Assembly (NCBI GenBank): GCA_019058365.1
Contig: JAHPZE010000007.1
Coordinates: 64,001-128,000 of the forward strand
Origin: Promethearchaeota archaeon
GTDB taxonomy: Archaea > Asgardarchaeota > Lokiarchaeia > Sigyniarchaeales > SOKP01
DNA: 64,000 nucleotides
Reading direction: 5' to 3'
The position numbers and the translations under genes were made by a program. Below the pieces are notes generated by a model. That model was given only the letters and a program-made list of their open reading frames with translations, searched no databases and had not been told where the DNA came from. Positions 34,669 through 44,890 of the stretch are shown piece by piece. Position 1 is the first letter of the stretch. The number at the start of each line of letters is the position of its first letter.

Positions 34669-34719
34669 ATCTTTTTCTTAAAAATCTTCCTTCTTTTATT
34701 ATAAAATCTATTAATAAAT

Positions 34720-35604
34720 TTAAGATTTTAAGGTTTCAAGAATTTCATCAATGTGATTAAAACCAACGGAAAGATGTCCCTCATGTGGAAAGAATTTTCC
34801 CTTACAGTTTGGAATTAACTCACACATTTTGCGTCCCATTGAAATAGGAACGTTCACATCTAGCTCACCATGCCATATATATACCTGAAGATCTGAAGAG
34901 ATCTCTTTTAATTCAAACCCCCATGGTTTTGCATATATCTTACTTTCAAGTACTAAACCATCTGGTCCGGAACGGAAAGCTTCCTTGAAATCTTCTATAA
35001 TTATATTTAACCATTGAGGATCCTGCAAGATTTTTCTATCTGGTTCGGGAAGTTTTTTAGCCATATTTTCTATAGATTTTTGCACTTTTTCTGGGTCTCC
35101 AAATGCTTTCATCTCTGCTTTTATCAGCGGTTTTACGAGGAATGGAAATCTTCGTGCGATAAAAAGACCAATGCGATTCGATCGCATCATCCCTTTCTTA
35201 GGCATATTAATTGGTCCCAAACCAGCAATTATACCACAACTTGTTAACCTTTCTGGAATTTTATAAGCACAAGCTGCTGCGTAAGGTCCTCCACCTGATA
35301 TTCCCATAACAGCAAATTTATCTAGTCCTAAGTGATCAGCAAGTTTAACAACATCATCTGGCCAATCTAAAAGTGTTCGTTCAGGCTGGAAATCAGAAAG
35401 ACCATATCCTGGACGATCAACGGATATTATACGAATTCCATATTCCTTTAGCTTTTCACCAAGAAATCGAATTTCAAGACGAGAACCGGGGTCTCCATGG
35501 AAATGAAAAATTGGTTTACCGTTTAAATTTCCACGTTCAGCATACCCAAGCTTGCGATCGTCTTTTAGTTCAAAAACTTGACTTTCCTTATTGGATTCAA
35601 CCAT
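34720..35604 (-). CDS. Alpha/beta-fold hydrolase
   Basis: HGDPGSR, DRPGYGLS, GISGGG nucleophile elbow, WHGELD, EGH. Confidence 0.92.
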   Translation of the reverse strand: MVESNKESQVFELKDDRKLGYAERGNLNGKPIFHFHGDPGSRLEIRFLGEKLKEYGIRIISVDRPGYGLSDFQPERTLLDWPDDVVKLADHLGLDKFAVMGISGGGPYAAACAYKIPERLTSCGIIAGLGPINMPKKGMMRSNRIGLFIARRFPFLVKPLIKAEMKAFGDPEKVQKSIENMAKKLPEPDRKILQDPQWLNIIIEDFKEAFRSGPDGLVLESKIYAKPWGFELKEISSDLQVYIWHGELDVNVPISMGRKMCELIPNCKGKFFPHEGHLSVGFNHIDEILETLKS

Positions 35605-35694
35605 AGATTATAATTAGACTTTTGATGTTTATAAACTTAAGTGTTTTCTTTGTTTTGTAGAATCATTCATACTTATGAATTTTTAACATTTAAT

Positions 35695-35759
35695 TATCTT
35701 TAACATCGGAAAGAAATATATTAGTGAAATGTTTTTAAATACTTAAAGAGATATTTTAA
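35695..35759 (+). repeat. Imperfect direct repeat copy 2, in the upstream region of the gene at 35795
   Basis: TATCTTTAACATCGGAAAGAAATATATTAGTGAAATGTTTTTA...CTTAAAGAGATATTTTAA. Confidence 0.75.
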
Positions 35760-35794
35760 GACATAATTAAATTAAATCATTCAAGTAATCCTTC

Positions 35795-37426
35795 ATGAGT
35801 GAAGAAGAAAAGTTCGAATCTATTGTTCAAGAGATTAAGGATATTTATTTATACTTGATACAAGGAGAGCCAACTCCTGATGATGAAATCACTGCTCGAG
35901 TGAAACTAATTGAGAAAATACAAACTCTTAAAACTATGAATTCATTCCAAACAGAATCTAATATGAGTCTTATTGAGGATTCTTTGAATAAATTAGATAG
36001 GTGGGACACTTTAGAACTTTGGTTTGTCGAATCTGAATTGCCTGATTATATACAAAAAATAATTAATATCACTGGTGAAGCTCCTGAATTTCAACCTGAA
36101 GAAGAAATCAAAGAATCTTCAACCGCTCACATACATAAAGATTTAGACTCTGCTAGTATAGATATTGATAAAATTGTTGGTAAGGTTTCTGAACAATTTA
36201 AAGGAGAGATAGATGATCTTAAACATGAGATTGATGGCTTAAAACTCGAATTAGAAAAGAAAGATGAGACCCTTAAGCATGTTTCTCAAATGAAAGTAAT
36301 AAAAAAGATTACACCAAAAAAAGATGTGTTGTTACCTCCCCCAAAAATTAAAATTCCTATAATCAAAAAACCTGAAAAAGCTCCTCAAATTAAAGTCCCT
36401 ATTAAGCATGAAACAAAAAAACCTATAGAAAAGATCGGAGTAAAATCTATGAAACAAGTACAAATGAGAATTGAAGAGGAGTTAGAAAAATTAAAAGTTC
36501 CCTCTATTTTTGAAAAAAAACCAAAGACTGAAAAAGCAGAATTTCCAAAATCTGAAGGTTTAAAACCTATACGAAAATTCTCTGAACCAAAGATCATATT
36601 AGAGTCCTCTAAAGGACCAGAATCAATCTCTGGTGCTTCTAATGAATCAAATAAACCTCAAGGTAAACCAATTTTAAAAATGATTTCAGAACTACCAAAA
36701 AAACCTGAATCAATTGCTAAAATCCTTAATGAGTCTGAAAGATCTAAAAAACTTCCAGAACCTCCCACGTTTACTCTTATGCCTGAAAAACCAAAGAAAA
36801 GTTCATTAATCTCTGAAATTATAGAGATAGATGTCTCAAAAGAAGAAAAGGAGATACCTTTTTCTATTAAAAAGCCTAAAGTTGTTGAACAACCCGACAT
36901 TCCTATTAAACCTAAAATTACTTCAGTAAGTATAGAAGAAGTTGAAACTGAAGAAATTAGATCAACAGGTACAGATTTATTCAATGTATTCTCATCGGTT
37001 GGAGAAAAAACAACAGAAAAATTACCTAAGGTAAATGAAGCCTTTGAGCCTTTACCAGTAAAACAAAAGAAAGAGAAAGATGAAAAAAAGAAGAAAAAAG
37101 AAGAGAAAGAACTTGTAAAGAAACCTGATACACTACCATTTATTGAGTTTGGTGGATCTAAACCAGAAATATCAAGTTACAATGAATCTGAGACAACTAT
37201 TACAGAACAATTACCTAAGGATAAGGATTCCTTATATCAAGAATTAATTGCTCTTGAGGGTAAACGGTATTCATTAGAAAAAAACTTTAATGAAATAGAA
37301 AAAAGTTATAATATAGGATCCATCAACGACTCTGAATATCAAAATCAAAGTGAAAAACTTAGGGAGAAATTGGAAAACATAACTTCAAGAATAAATAAGA
37401 TAAGGAGAGTTATCTCGAGCTTATAA
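35795..37426 (+). CDS. Hypothetical protein: helical N-domain, long P/E/K-rich disordered linker, C-terminal helical hairpin
   Basis: Composition of the 543-aa ORF. Confidence 0.75.
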   Translation: MSEEEKFESIVQEIKDIYLYLIQGEPTPDDEITARVKLIEKIQTLKTMNSFQTESNMSLIEDSLNKLDRWDTLELWFVESELPDYIQKIINITGEAPEFQPEEEIKESSTAHIHKDLDSASIDIDKIVGKVSEQFKGEIDDLKHEIDGLKLELEKKDETLKHVSQMKVIKKITPKKDVLLPPPKIKIPIIKKPEKAPQIKVPIKHETKKPIEKIGVKSMKQVQMRIEEELEKLKVPSIFEKKPKTEKAEFPKSEGLKPIRKFSEPKIILESSKGPESISGASNESNKPQGKPILKMISELPKKPESIAKILNESERSKKLPEPPTFTLMPEKPKKSSLISEIIEIDVSKEEKEIPFSIKKPKVVEQPDIPIKPKITSVSIEEVETEEIRSTGTDLFNVFSSVGEKTTEKLPKVNEAFEPLPVKQKKEKDEKKKKKEEKELVKKPDTLPFIEFGGSKPEISSYNESETTITEQLPKDKDSLYQELIALEGKRYSLEKNFNEIEKSYNIGSINDSEYQNQSEKLREKLENITSRINKIRRVISSL

Positions 37427-37442
37427 TTCTTTATTCTTATGA

Positions 37443-38216
37443 TTATTTATCTATTCTGAAAAAAGGGGGCATCTTATTTTTATGTTGTGCTGATTTTATC
37501 ATGCCTTTAACTTTATTTACCTCATCTTTGTTTAAATCATCTAAATCTACTTTATTATCAATCCTAAAAATAATTTCATCTAAAACATCATAGATTATTC
37601 CAATTTCGCCTTCATCTGTTTGACCGTCCCATAATCCAGCACTTGGTGGTTTTTTAACGATTTCTTCGGGAATATTTAATAATCTAGCAATTTTTCTTAC
37701 TTCACATTTATAGAGTCCTCCTATCGGTTCAAAATCAACTCCTCCATCTCCATATTTGGTGAAATAACCAATGGCTAATTCGGTTCTATTACTCGTACCC
37801 GCAACAAGGAATTTCCCCAAAGACTGCCCTACAAAATAAATCGTCATCATTCTTAATCGAGGTTTTAAATTTGCTACTGCCATATTATTAGACTCAAAGA
37901 GAGGTTCTGTAACCTTTACAAATTCGTTATAAATGTTTGTTAAATCTATTTTAATAAATTTTATCCCTAATAATTCAGCTAATTTTTCTGCATCCTTTAA
38001 ATCTTGCGAGATTGATGAACAAGGTAGACCTAATCCAATAATATTCTCCTTTCCAAGAGCATTAACACATAAAGACGTGGTAACAGCGCTATCAATACCA
38101 CCACTAATCCCTACTACGATGCATTTAACTTTTGCAGAACTTACATAATCATATATCCATTTTTGAATTTCAGAAATAGTCTGTTTATAATCCAGTTTTC
38201 GCATAATCTTTTTCAA
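37443..38216 (-). CDS. nadE: NH3-dependent NAD+ synthetase
   Basis: SGGIDS, NLKPRLRM, GYFTKYGDG, KPPSAGLW.GQTDE. Confidence 0.96.
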   Translation of the reverse strand: MKKIMRKLDYKQTISEIQKWIYDYVSSAKVKCIVVGISGGIDSAVTTSLCVNALGKENIIGLGLPCSSISQDLKDAEKLAELLGIKFIKIDLTNIYNEFVKVTEPLFESNNMAVANLKPRLRMMTIYFVGQSLGKFLVAGTSNRTELAIGYFTKYGDGGVDFEPIGGLYKCEVRKIARLLNIPEEIVKKPPSAGLWDGQTDEGEIGIIYDVLDEIIFRIDNKVDLDDLNKDEVNKVKGMIKSAQHKNKMPPFFRIDK

Positions 38217-38358
38217 AAATGTTTTTAATTAACACCATTTTATTTTAGCATAAACTTAAAAGATAAAATTATAATAAAAATTTTATAAGAATAAAAATAA
38301 AAATACTAACTTAATTTATTCTACTAAAAGAAAATTAAATTTATTTTAATGATTTAGA

Positions 38359-38769
38359 ATGAGTGAGGAATTTAAAACAATTGTAGATTCTTCTTACGAT
38401 AATGGAATACCATTATGGATTTATACTACAGATTACATTTATGGTATAGTACCAACTAGCGGTGATAAATGGTTAGAAGTATCTTATACATTCGAAGATC
38501 CTGATGAGCCTTTAATGAAAGGAGAGAAAGGTGCAGATTTTGCTTATCAATTAATGATGGAAGAGATTTCCAAAGGCGTTACTTTTTATATTGAAGATTT
38601 AAAAGTACCTTTACTAAAAGAATTTGCTGGAGGTACTGGAAAATCTGGTTCTGATTTAATTACCGCAGTAATTGAAGAATTAGTTAAAAATACTTCAAAA
38701 TACACAAGCAATACTGATTTTCTAATTAAAAAGAAAGATGAATTAGGTAAGTTAAAAGAGAAAGTATAG
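38359..38769 (+). CDS. Hypothetical protein
   Basis: 136-aa acidic ORF. Confidence 0.65.
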   Translation: MSEEFKTIVDSSYDNGIPLWIYTTDYIYGIVPTSGDKWLEVSYTFEDPDEPLMKGEKGADFAYQLMMEEISKGVTFYIEDLKVPLLKEFAGGTGKSGSDLITAVIEELVKNTSKYTSNTDFLIKKKDELGKLKEKV

Positions 38770-38782
38770 AAATATCTTCTTT

Positions 38783-39277
38783 CTAAATATATAAACCACC
38801 GCGTTGTGGATGCTTTTTCAAGAATTCCTTATCAATCCGCCTTCCTAATGCATTTCCTATATTAGGATCTTGTTCTTTTATTAATTCTTTTAAATAATTA
38901 CCATGTTCTTGGGAATATTTTTCAATACCAGAAGCAATAATATTCTGATCTTTCTTTATTGGGACAACCATTCCAAATAAGCGAAACATGTCGTTTGGGG
39001 ACATTTTTTTCCCTATAGTTTCGTCAATATCCTTGTCTAAATTTCTTACAACTGTACCCATGCTCAAAGCAGAATAAGGACTCAATTGTTTTGATTTTAA
39101 CCAAAAAGCATTGGGCTTCTTTGTTATAAAAGTATCAGAATTTCCTTTATCATCCCTTGATCCTATTACTCTCCAATCTTTAGGGTCATTATCATACTCC
39201 TTTTTCATTTTTTTTACAACTGAACTTATTGGAGCAACTCCGTAATAGTCTTTTTTTTCCTTTTTATCACTCGTCAT
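38783..39277 (-). CDS. Hypothetical protein
   Basis: 164-aa ORF. Confidence 0.65.
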   Translation of the reverse strand: MTSDKKEKKDYYGVAPISSVVKKMKKEYDNDPKDWRVIGSRDDKGNSDTFITKKPNAFWLKSKQLSPYSALSMGTVVRNLDKDIDETIGKKMSPNDMFRLFGMVVPIKKDQNIIASGIEKYSQEHGNYLKELIKEQDPNIGNALGRRIDKEFLKKHPQRGGLYI

Positions 39278-39397
39278 AATCTCTATTATATTAAGTTAAT
39301 TTAACTATAAAAATATAACAAAAATATCATATAAACAATAAAATATTTTAAATTGTAAATTATAGATGGTATACAAAAGAATTTTGAAAATAGAGAA

Positions 39398-41284
39398 ATG
39401 GTATATCAAAAAGATTTTAAAAAATTCAAGGAATTCATTGGATTATTCGATAATTCTATAAGGGCTAACGATTTTCAGCAGTTAAATAAATTATTTCCTT
39501 CAATTGATGAGTATGAAGAACAATTCTTAAGTGGTTACCATAAACGAAAGAAAGAAGGTACCTTTTATACAAACAAACAAATTTCAGATTTTATTGTATC
39601 TGAAATGCTACTTTGCTTAATTAATAAAAAATTCAATATAAATGGTTTGGAGTCAAAAAAGATTAGAAAAGTTAATGAAATTTACAAATATGATATTAAA
39701 TTTAAACAAAAATTAAAAGAATTATTATTAAATATTAAAATTTGTGATCCAGCATGTGGTTCGGGTGAGTTCCTATTAAGTTCGGCTGATATCATTTTTA
39801 ATATTCTCAAAAAACTAAATTCAAATCTAAATGTAGTTAATATTAAGAATCAAATACTAAACAACTTATACGGGTATGATATTAATGAATATGCGATTAA
39901 ATTATGTATATTGAAACTTCTCAAATGGTATCAAAATAACTTAGATGATAGCGTAAAAAAATCAATATCAATATTAAAGTTAAATTTAAAATTACAAAAC
40001 AGTCTTATAAATTCGAATTTTCCCAAATTTGATATAATTTTAGGAAATCCCCCTTATGGGAATATTTTAACTAAAGATGAGAAGGAAATCCTAAAAAAAG
40101 AAAACATTTTCTATAATGATATTTATTGTGCTTTTTTATTAAAAGCTTTAGAGTGGAGCAATGAAGTTATAGGCTTCTTAGTTCCAAAAAGTTTCCTCCT
40201 TCGACAAGGTTATATTAATTTTAGGCAAGATTTTCTTTCTAAAGCAAATATCTTAGAAATCTATGATATTGGTTCCAAGATGTTTAAAACAGCAACAAAC
40301 GAAGTACAAATAATTTTATACGAAAATAAAAATGGATATAATGCTAGAGATTTAGATGTCTATGATTATCCAAAAACTAAGATTACTGCTTATCCAAATC
40401 AAAATGTAGATTCATTAAGAATTTGCTTTAGTTTGAATTGTCCTTTAAGCTTAAAATCTAAAAAATTATATGTATATACATTTAAGAAAAATTGTCCCTT
40501 TTGTGGTTCAGATACGGTCGAAATGAATCGGATTAGAATAAAACCAAATGCGCAAATATATGAATTAATTGAAAAAGTTGAAAAGATCGGAGATTTAAAC
40601 TACTTAAATCCTGTAGATTTTCCAAAAATGATTAGAGGAGAAGAAGAAAAAGGGCTTAAGTTAGTAAAAACAAAATTAAGAAAAGATACAAAAGGGTCTT
40701 GCTTCTTTATCAGCGCGAGAAACGATTTCAATTACTATATTTTCAGAAAAGTTAAATCATTTAATATTGAAGAAGTTGATCCAAAGATCTTAAAAGGTAA
40801 TAATTATGAATATTATAACCAACGAAAATTGTTAATAAAACATAATAATATTATCCCGGAAGTGCTTTATACTGAAGATAATGTGTGCTTTACATCATCA
40901 ATTTATTCATTACTCCATAATAATTCTGATGAACTAAAATACCTTTGTGCTGTTCTTAATTCAAGCTTAATTCAATTTTACTGTATATATGGTATTAATA
41001 ATCAAAAAGATACTACAATTAATTTAAATCAATATATGATTAGACATTTACCTATCGTCATTGTTGATAATGTAATTAAAAAAATAATCGTAGAAAAAGT
41101 TGACACAATAAATAATTTATTAATTTTGAATAACCTAATTAAAAGTGAAAATGTACATCGATTGTTAAAAGACATTGATGATATAATCTTTAACCAATAT
41201 TCAATAACAGAAAAAGAAAGGAATTTGATAATCTCAGAAGTAAGAAACCAAATTAAACATTTTAGAGTGCTTTATAATGAATAA
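39398..41284 (+). CDS. N6-adenine DNA methyltransferase (TaqI/Eco57I-like, gamma class) with C-terminal TRD
   Basis: GTFYT, DPACGSG, GYDIN, GNPPY, YLCAVLNS. Confidence 0.9.
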   Translation: MVYQKDFKKFKEFIGLFDNSIRANDFQQLNKLFPSIDEYEEQFLSGYHKRKKEGTFYTNKQISDFIVSEMLLCLINKKFNINGLESKKIRKVNEIYKYDIKFKQKLKELLLNIKICDPACGSGEFLLSSADIIFNILKKLNSNLNVVNIKNQILNNLYGYDINEYAIKLCILKLLKWYQNNLDDSVKKSISILKLNLKLQNSLINSNFPKFDIILGNPPYGNILTKDEKEILKKENIFYNDIYCAFLLKALEWSNEVIGFLVPKSFLLRQGYINFRQDFLSKANILEIYDIGSKMFKTATNEVQIILYENKNGYNARDLDVYDYPKTKITAYPNQNVDSLRICFSLNCPLSLKSKKLYVYTFKKNCPFCGSDTVEMNRIRIKPNAQIYELIEKVEKIGDLNYLNPVDFPKMIRGEEEKGLKLVKTKLRKDTKGSCFFISARNDFNYYIFRKVKSFNIEEVDPKILKGNNYEYYNQRKLLIKHNNIIPEVLYTEDNVCFTSSIYSLLHNNSDELKYLCAVLNSSLIQFYCIYGINNQKDTTINLNQYMIRHLPIVIVDNVIKKIIVEKVDTINNLLILNNLIKSENVHRLLKDIDDIIFNQYSITEKERNLIISEVRNQIKHFRVLYNE

Positions 41285-41298
41285 ACTTTAAATGATTA

Positions 41299-41793
41299 TT
41301 ATTCTCTTAATTTAAAACAAAAATCGCACTTATTGTCTCCTAAACCCATCGCTTTTTTTCGTTCAAATTTTATTTTTGGATTAAATTCTTTAAAAGCTGC
41401 TTTATAAAAGGGAAAACACATATTATTGCATATTAATGGAATTCTTTCTTGTCGTTCTGGATTTCTATCCATTATTGCTTTATAGGGACACTCCTTTATA
41501 TCGATAATCACTTCTAAGGCAGAAATCCGATTAACTTTATATATCCAACCTTCTATAGACCATCTAAAAGTGATTATATCAACTAAATCACCTAAAGTGT
41601 TTGATTCAATCTTCAGATATTTCTTTATCCTTCTAAAAATAATTCTCATGAGCCTAATCCAAACCGCTTTATCGATTTTTAGAGCAGTATCCCACCCTAT
41701 TTCTTTTTCAGTTTCTATCATCCACACACCATCCATAGTAAAGAAGTTCTTTTCGAAGTAAAACAATTTATCAGCATCAGTTATTTTTCTCAA
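41299..41793 (-). CDS. DUF6125/V4R-like small-ligand-binding protein
   Basis: FFTMDGVW, ECP...C...GDNKCDF pattern. Confidence 0.6.
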   Translation of the reverse strand: MRKITDADKLFYFEKNFFTMDGVWMIETEKEIGWDTALKIDKAVWIRLMRIIFRRIKKYLKIESNTLGDLVDIITFRWSIEGWIYKVNRISALEVIIDIKECPYKAIMDRNPERQERIPLICNNMCFPFYKAAFKEFNPKIKFERKKAMGLGDNKCDFCFKLRE

Positions 41794-42065
41794 ATGACAA
41801 CCCCTAATTTATTTTAATAATATTAATAAAGAAAAAGATATCATTAAATTTTTTAATTGTAAATGTTTCGAAAATATTGTTATATATTAACGATAACATG
41901 GGATATTATTAAAATATGTCATTAAATAAACTCAAATAATCATTCAGATATATGCCTTAACAGAGTCTTAAATATGGAAAACATTCTTTTTGCATTATTA
42001 TAAAAATTTTTCTATAAAACTTCAGTCCCAAAGAATATGAAAAAGAAATGAGAAAAAATGGTTAA

Positions 42066-42224
42066 TTATTCCTGTTTTCTCAAAAGCGAGCTGAGTTCAG
42101 TTTTCAGCAAATCGCGTATAGCAACACGAATTACTTCTGAACGATTGGGATAAAGGTTCATGTTAACTAATTCTTCTATTCCACTTAGATATGCTTCGGG
42201 AATATGACATGTTATTAATTTCAT
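42066..42224 (-). CDS. Ribbon-helix-helix regulator, CdrS-like (52 aa)
   Basis: Not in the ORF track. MKLITCHIPEAYLSGIEELVNMNLYPNRSEVIRVAIRDLLKTE has the YPNRSE.IR.AIRDLL signature. Confidence 0.85.
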   Translation of the reverse strand: MKLITCHIPEAYLSGIEELVNMNLYPNRSEVIRVAIRDLLKTELSSLLRKQE

Positions 42225-42481
42225 TTTTTTTTATAAAACCCCTTTTAATATGTAAAACTTATTGTTTTTGTTATACTTTACACAATTTGACAATATAATA
42301 TATCAGTATAATACTACGATAATATATCTGAAATTCAATAGTAATTATGGTTGTAAAGTATATTTTTTTAACTCTTTGAATTATTTATAATTAAATCATT
42401 AAATAAAAATCTTCATTGATTAATAGACTAAATGTTATAATCATTTATGCTTTATATTTTAAGAGTGAGGCTGAATAATTT

Positions 42482-42940
42482 ATGTTAAACAAATATAATA
42501 GCAAGAAAGCATTATTAGAAAGGTCTAGTAGAGTTATAAATTCTATTATTAATGGTATGGAAGAATTAAGTATAGTAAAAAGAAGGAAAATAATGGAAAA
42601 AAGTGGAGAAGCGTGTGCAATAGCAGGGAGTTATGAAATTGCAAAAAAAATTTCTGAAGAAACGACTTGTATTGAAGAAATTATTGAAAAAATCAATAAT
42701 CAAATTCCATGGTGCGGTCAATGGAATTTAAAAGATAATATTATTAGATCAATATGCAATGAATGTGGATGTCCTCTTGTTAGAAATAAAATTGTAAATT
42801 TAAATAGTACATTTTGTTATTGCTCTTTAGGTTGGGTAAAAATAATTTTTAAAACCTTGCTTAAAAAGCGCGTTCACGTTGAGATGTTAAAATCAATAGG
42901 TGCAGGTGATAATATTTGCGAATATGTTGTATATATTTAA
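42482..42940 (+). CDS. Cys-rich V4R-like protein (DUF6144-like)
   Basis: GEACA, CGCPLV, FCYCSLGW, SIGAGDNICEY. Confidence 0.6.
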   Translation: MLNKYNSKKALLERSSRVINSIINGMEELSIVKRRKIMEKSGEACAIAGSYEIAKKISEETTCIEEIIEKINNQIPWCGQWNLKDNIIRSICNECGCPLVRNKIVNLNSTFCYCSLGWVKIIFKTLLKKRVHVEMLKSIGAGDNICEYVVYI

Positions 42941-42983
42941 ATAAAATAAAAATACTTAAACTGTTTCTTTAATAAAATTAATA

Positions 42984-44114
42984 ATGAGTAAATTAATATT
43001 AGTTGATGGGGCAAAAGGGCATACTGGTACATTTCTTATAAAAAAGATATTAGAAACAAAGCCAGATTGGACTATAATAGCTACAGATTTACCCATGGAT
43101 AAAAGAGATAAATTAATGGCAAAGGAGACAATTTTTAGTAATAGATTCAAGTATATGACTGAAATACTAGAAAATGAGGGAATATTCTTTATCCCAGCTG
43201 ATTTAACTGATAAGAAGTCACTTGACGAATTATTTCAAGACAAGAAATATGATATCATTTTCCATGTGGCTAGCTTGTATGATTATTTTGCTGAATTAGA
43301 CCTTTTAAGAAAAATAAATGTAGGAGGTATACAAAATCTGCTTGAAATTATATGTAAAACTCAAGATTTAACTAAATTAAGATTTATTCACTGGAGTACA
43401 TGTGGTGTTTACGGAGAACCAAAATATCAAAAGAATAAGAAAGGATATCCCCTTCCTGGAGATGAAACAGTGCCTTTTAAACCCCCAAATAATTACAGTA
43501 TAAGTAAAATGGAACAAGAAATGGTTTTAAAGAAATATATGAATGATTATCAATTAAAAGCCACGATTATACGACCAGCACCAATAATGGGACCATATCA
43601 GATGTATGGGGTTTTTCATATAATACAACTAGTTAATAAGTCAGGATTTGGTCCTGGCATCCATATCTACCCTAAAAAGAAACGGTTAGCAATGCCATTA
43701 ATTCATGTTGAAGATTTAGTTAGATCGGCGGTATTTTTAGCAGAAAGTGATCAAACAATAGGTGAAGCTTATAATCTTATTTTAGACACGTGCTTTCAAG
43801 AAGATTTCCTTGAATATCTTGCAGATTTACTAAATGTTGATTATTTTAATTTTCCTGTATGGTGGCCGTTTTATATAATTTTTTCGAAATTTCTTTACTG
43901 GCTTAATAAAAGGAAAGATAAAAAAGCTAAAAAGCTGAACTCAAGACCGCCAGTTGATTTATCAATGGCGGATTATACTACTCATCAATATCTTTTTTCT
44001 AATAAAAAAATTAAAGATTTAGGATTCAAGTTTAAGTTTCCAGATTATAAAAGTGCTACTAAGGATACCGTTGAATGGTATCTAAAAAATAAATGGTTGG
44101 AGAGTGAATACTAA
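42984..44114 (+). CDS. Extended SDR, NAD-dependent epimerase/3-beta-HSD-like
   Basis: DGAKGHTG, STCGVYG, YSISK, HVEDL. Confidence 0.88.
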   Translation: MSKLILVDGAKGHTGTFLIKKILETKPDWTIIATDLPMDKRDKLMAKETIFSNRFKYMTEILENEGIFFIPADLTDKKSLDELFQDKKYDIIFHVASLYDYFAELDLLRKINVGGIQNLLEIICKTQDLTKLRFIHWSTCGVYGEPKYQKNKKGYPLPGDETVPFKPPNNYSISKMEQEMVLKKYMNDYQLKATIIRPAPIMGPYQMYGVFHIIQLVNKSGFGPGIHIYPKKKRLAMPLIHVEDLVRSAVFLAESDQTIGEAYNLILDTCFQEDFLEYLADLLNVDYFNFPVWWPFYIIFSKFLYWLNKRKDKKAKKLNSRPPVDLSMADYTTHQYLFSNKKIKDLGFKFKFPDYKSATKDTVEWYLKNKWLESEY

Positions 44115-44591
44115 ATGGGATTTGTAGAGGGATTAATTCTAAGTTTTATAGTTGGTTGGATAAATTCTTACTTATATCGAAAATATCTACGAAGAAGAAA
44201 CAAAGACTGGATTGTTTTTCTAGCAGTTATTTTCCTCTCAGCCCTATGGACTTTTGATAGTTTAATGTATTTCGAAATATTAGACATGAAATGGTTAAAT
44301 TTTCTTCCTTGGGTTGATTTACCTTCCGTTAGTACTGGAAAATACTTTTTATGGAACTCTTTTATCATCTTTGGAATAGATCAAAAAATTAATTATCAAC
44401 CAGGAATGGAAGTAATCGCAAGCTTTTTATTTTTATCATATTTATTTTGGTATTACCTTGGTTCTAAGCTTGGAAAAGTTATACATGGTTATAGAACATA
44501 CCAACGAGGGCAATATTTTATATTTAGACCAGTGAAGAAATTCATTAAAGACCGCGAAAAAAACAAAGAAAATTCTGAGGTAAACACATAA
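44115..44591 (+). CDS. Hypothetical membrane protein
   Basis: About 3 TM segments; abuts the SDR stop codon. Confidence 0.7.
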   Translation: MGFVEGLILSFIVGWINSYLYRKYLRRRNKDWIVFLAVIFLSALWTFDSLMYFEILDMKWLNFLPWVDLPSVSTGKYFLWNSFIIFGIDQKINYQPGMEVIASFLFLSYLFWYYLGSKLGKVIHGYRTYQRGQYFIFRPVKKFIKDREKNKENSEVNT

Positions 44592-44890
44592 AATAATTTA
44601 AGAAGATAAGACAACCCGACAATTTAGACAAAACTGGTATTCAAAATGCCTTTTTAATTTTAAATATTAGATCAAAAATCGCTGAAATTCTAAGTTTAGC
44701 GAGTAATTATATAATAAATGAAATAACAAATCTAATTTCTAGCTCTTGTTTTTATTATTCATTCTCTTGAGCTCCTAAAGGCTCTTCCTAAGAGTCATAT
44801 CTGGACATATGTCAAATCACAATAAAGTTTAAATAGGAGACTTTTTTTAATATAGTTAAGCATATTTTTTTCAATTTCACAAACTTTCGG

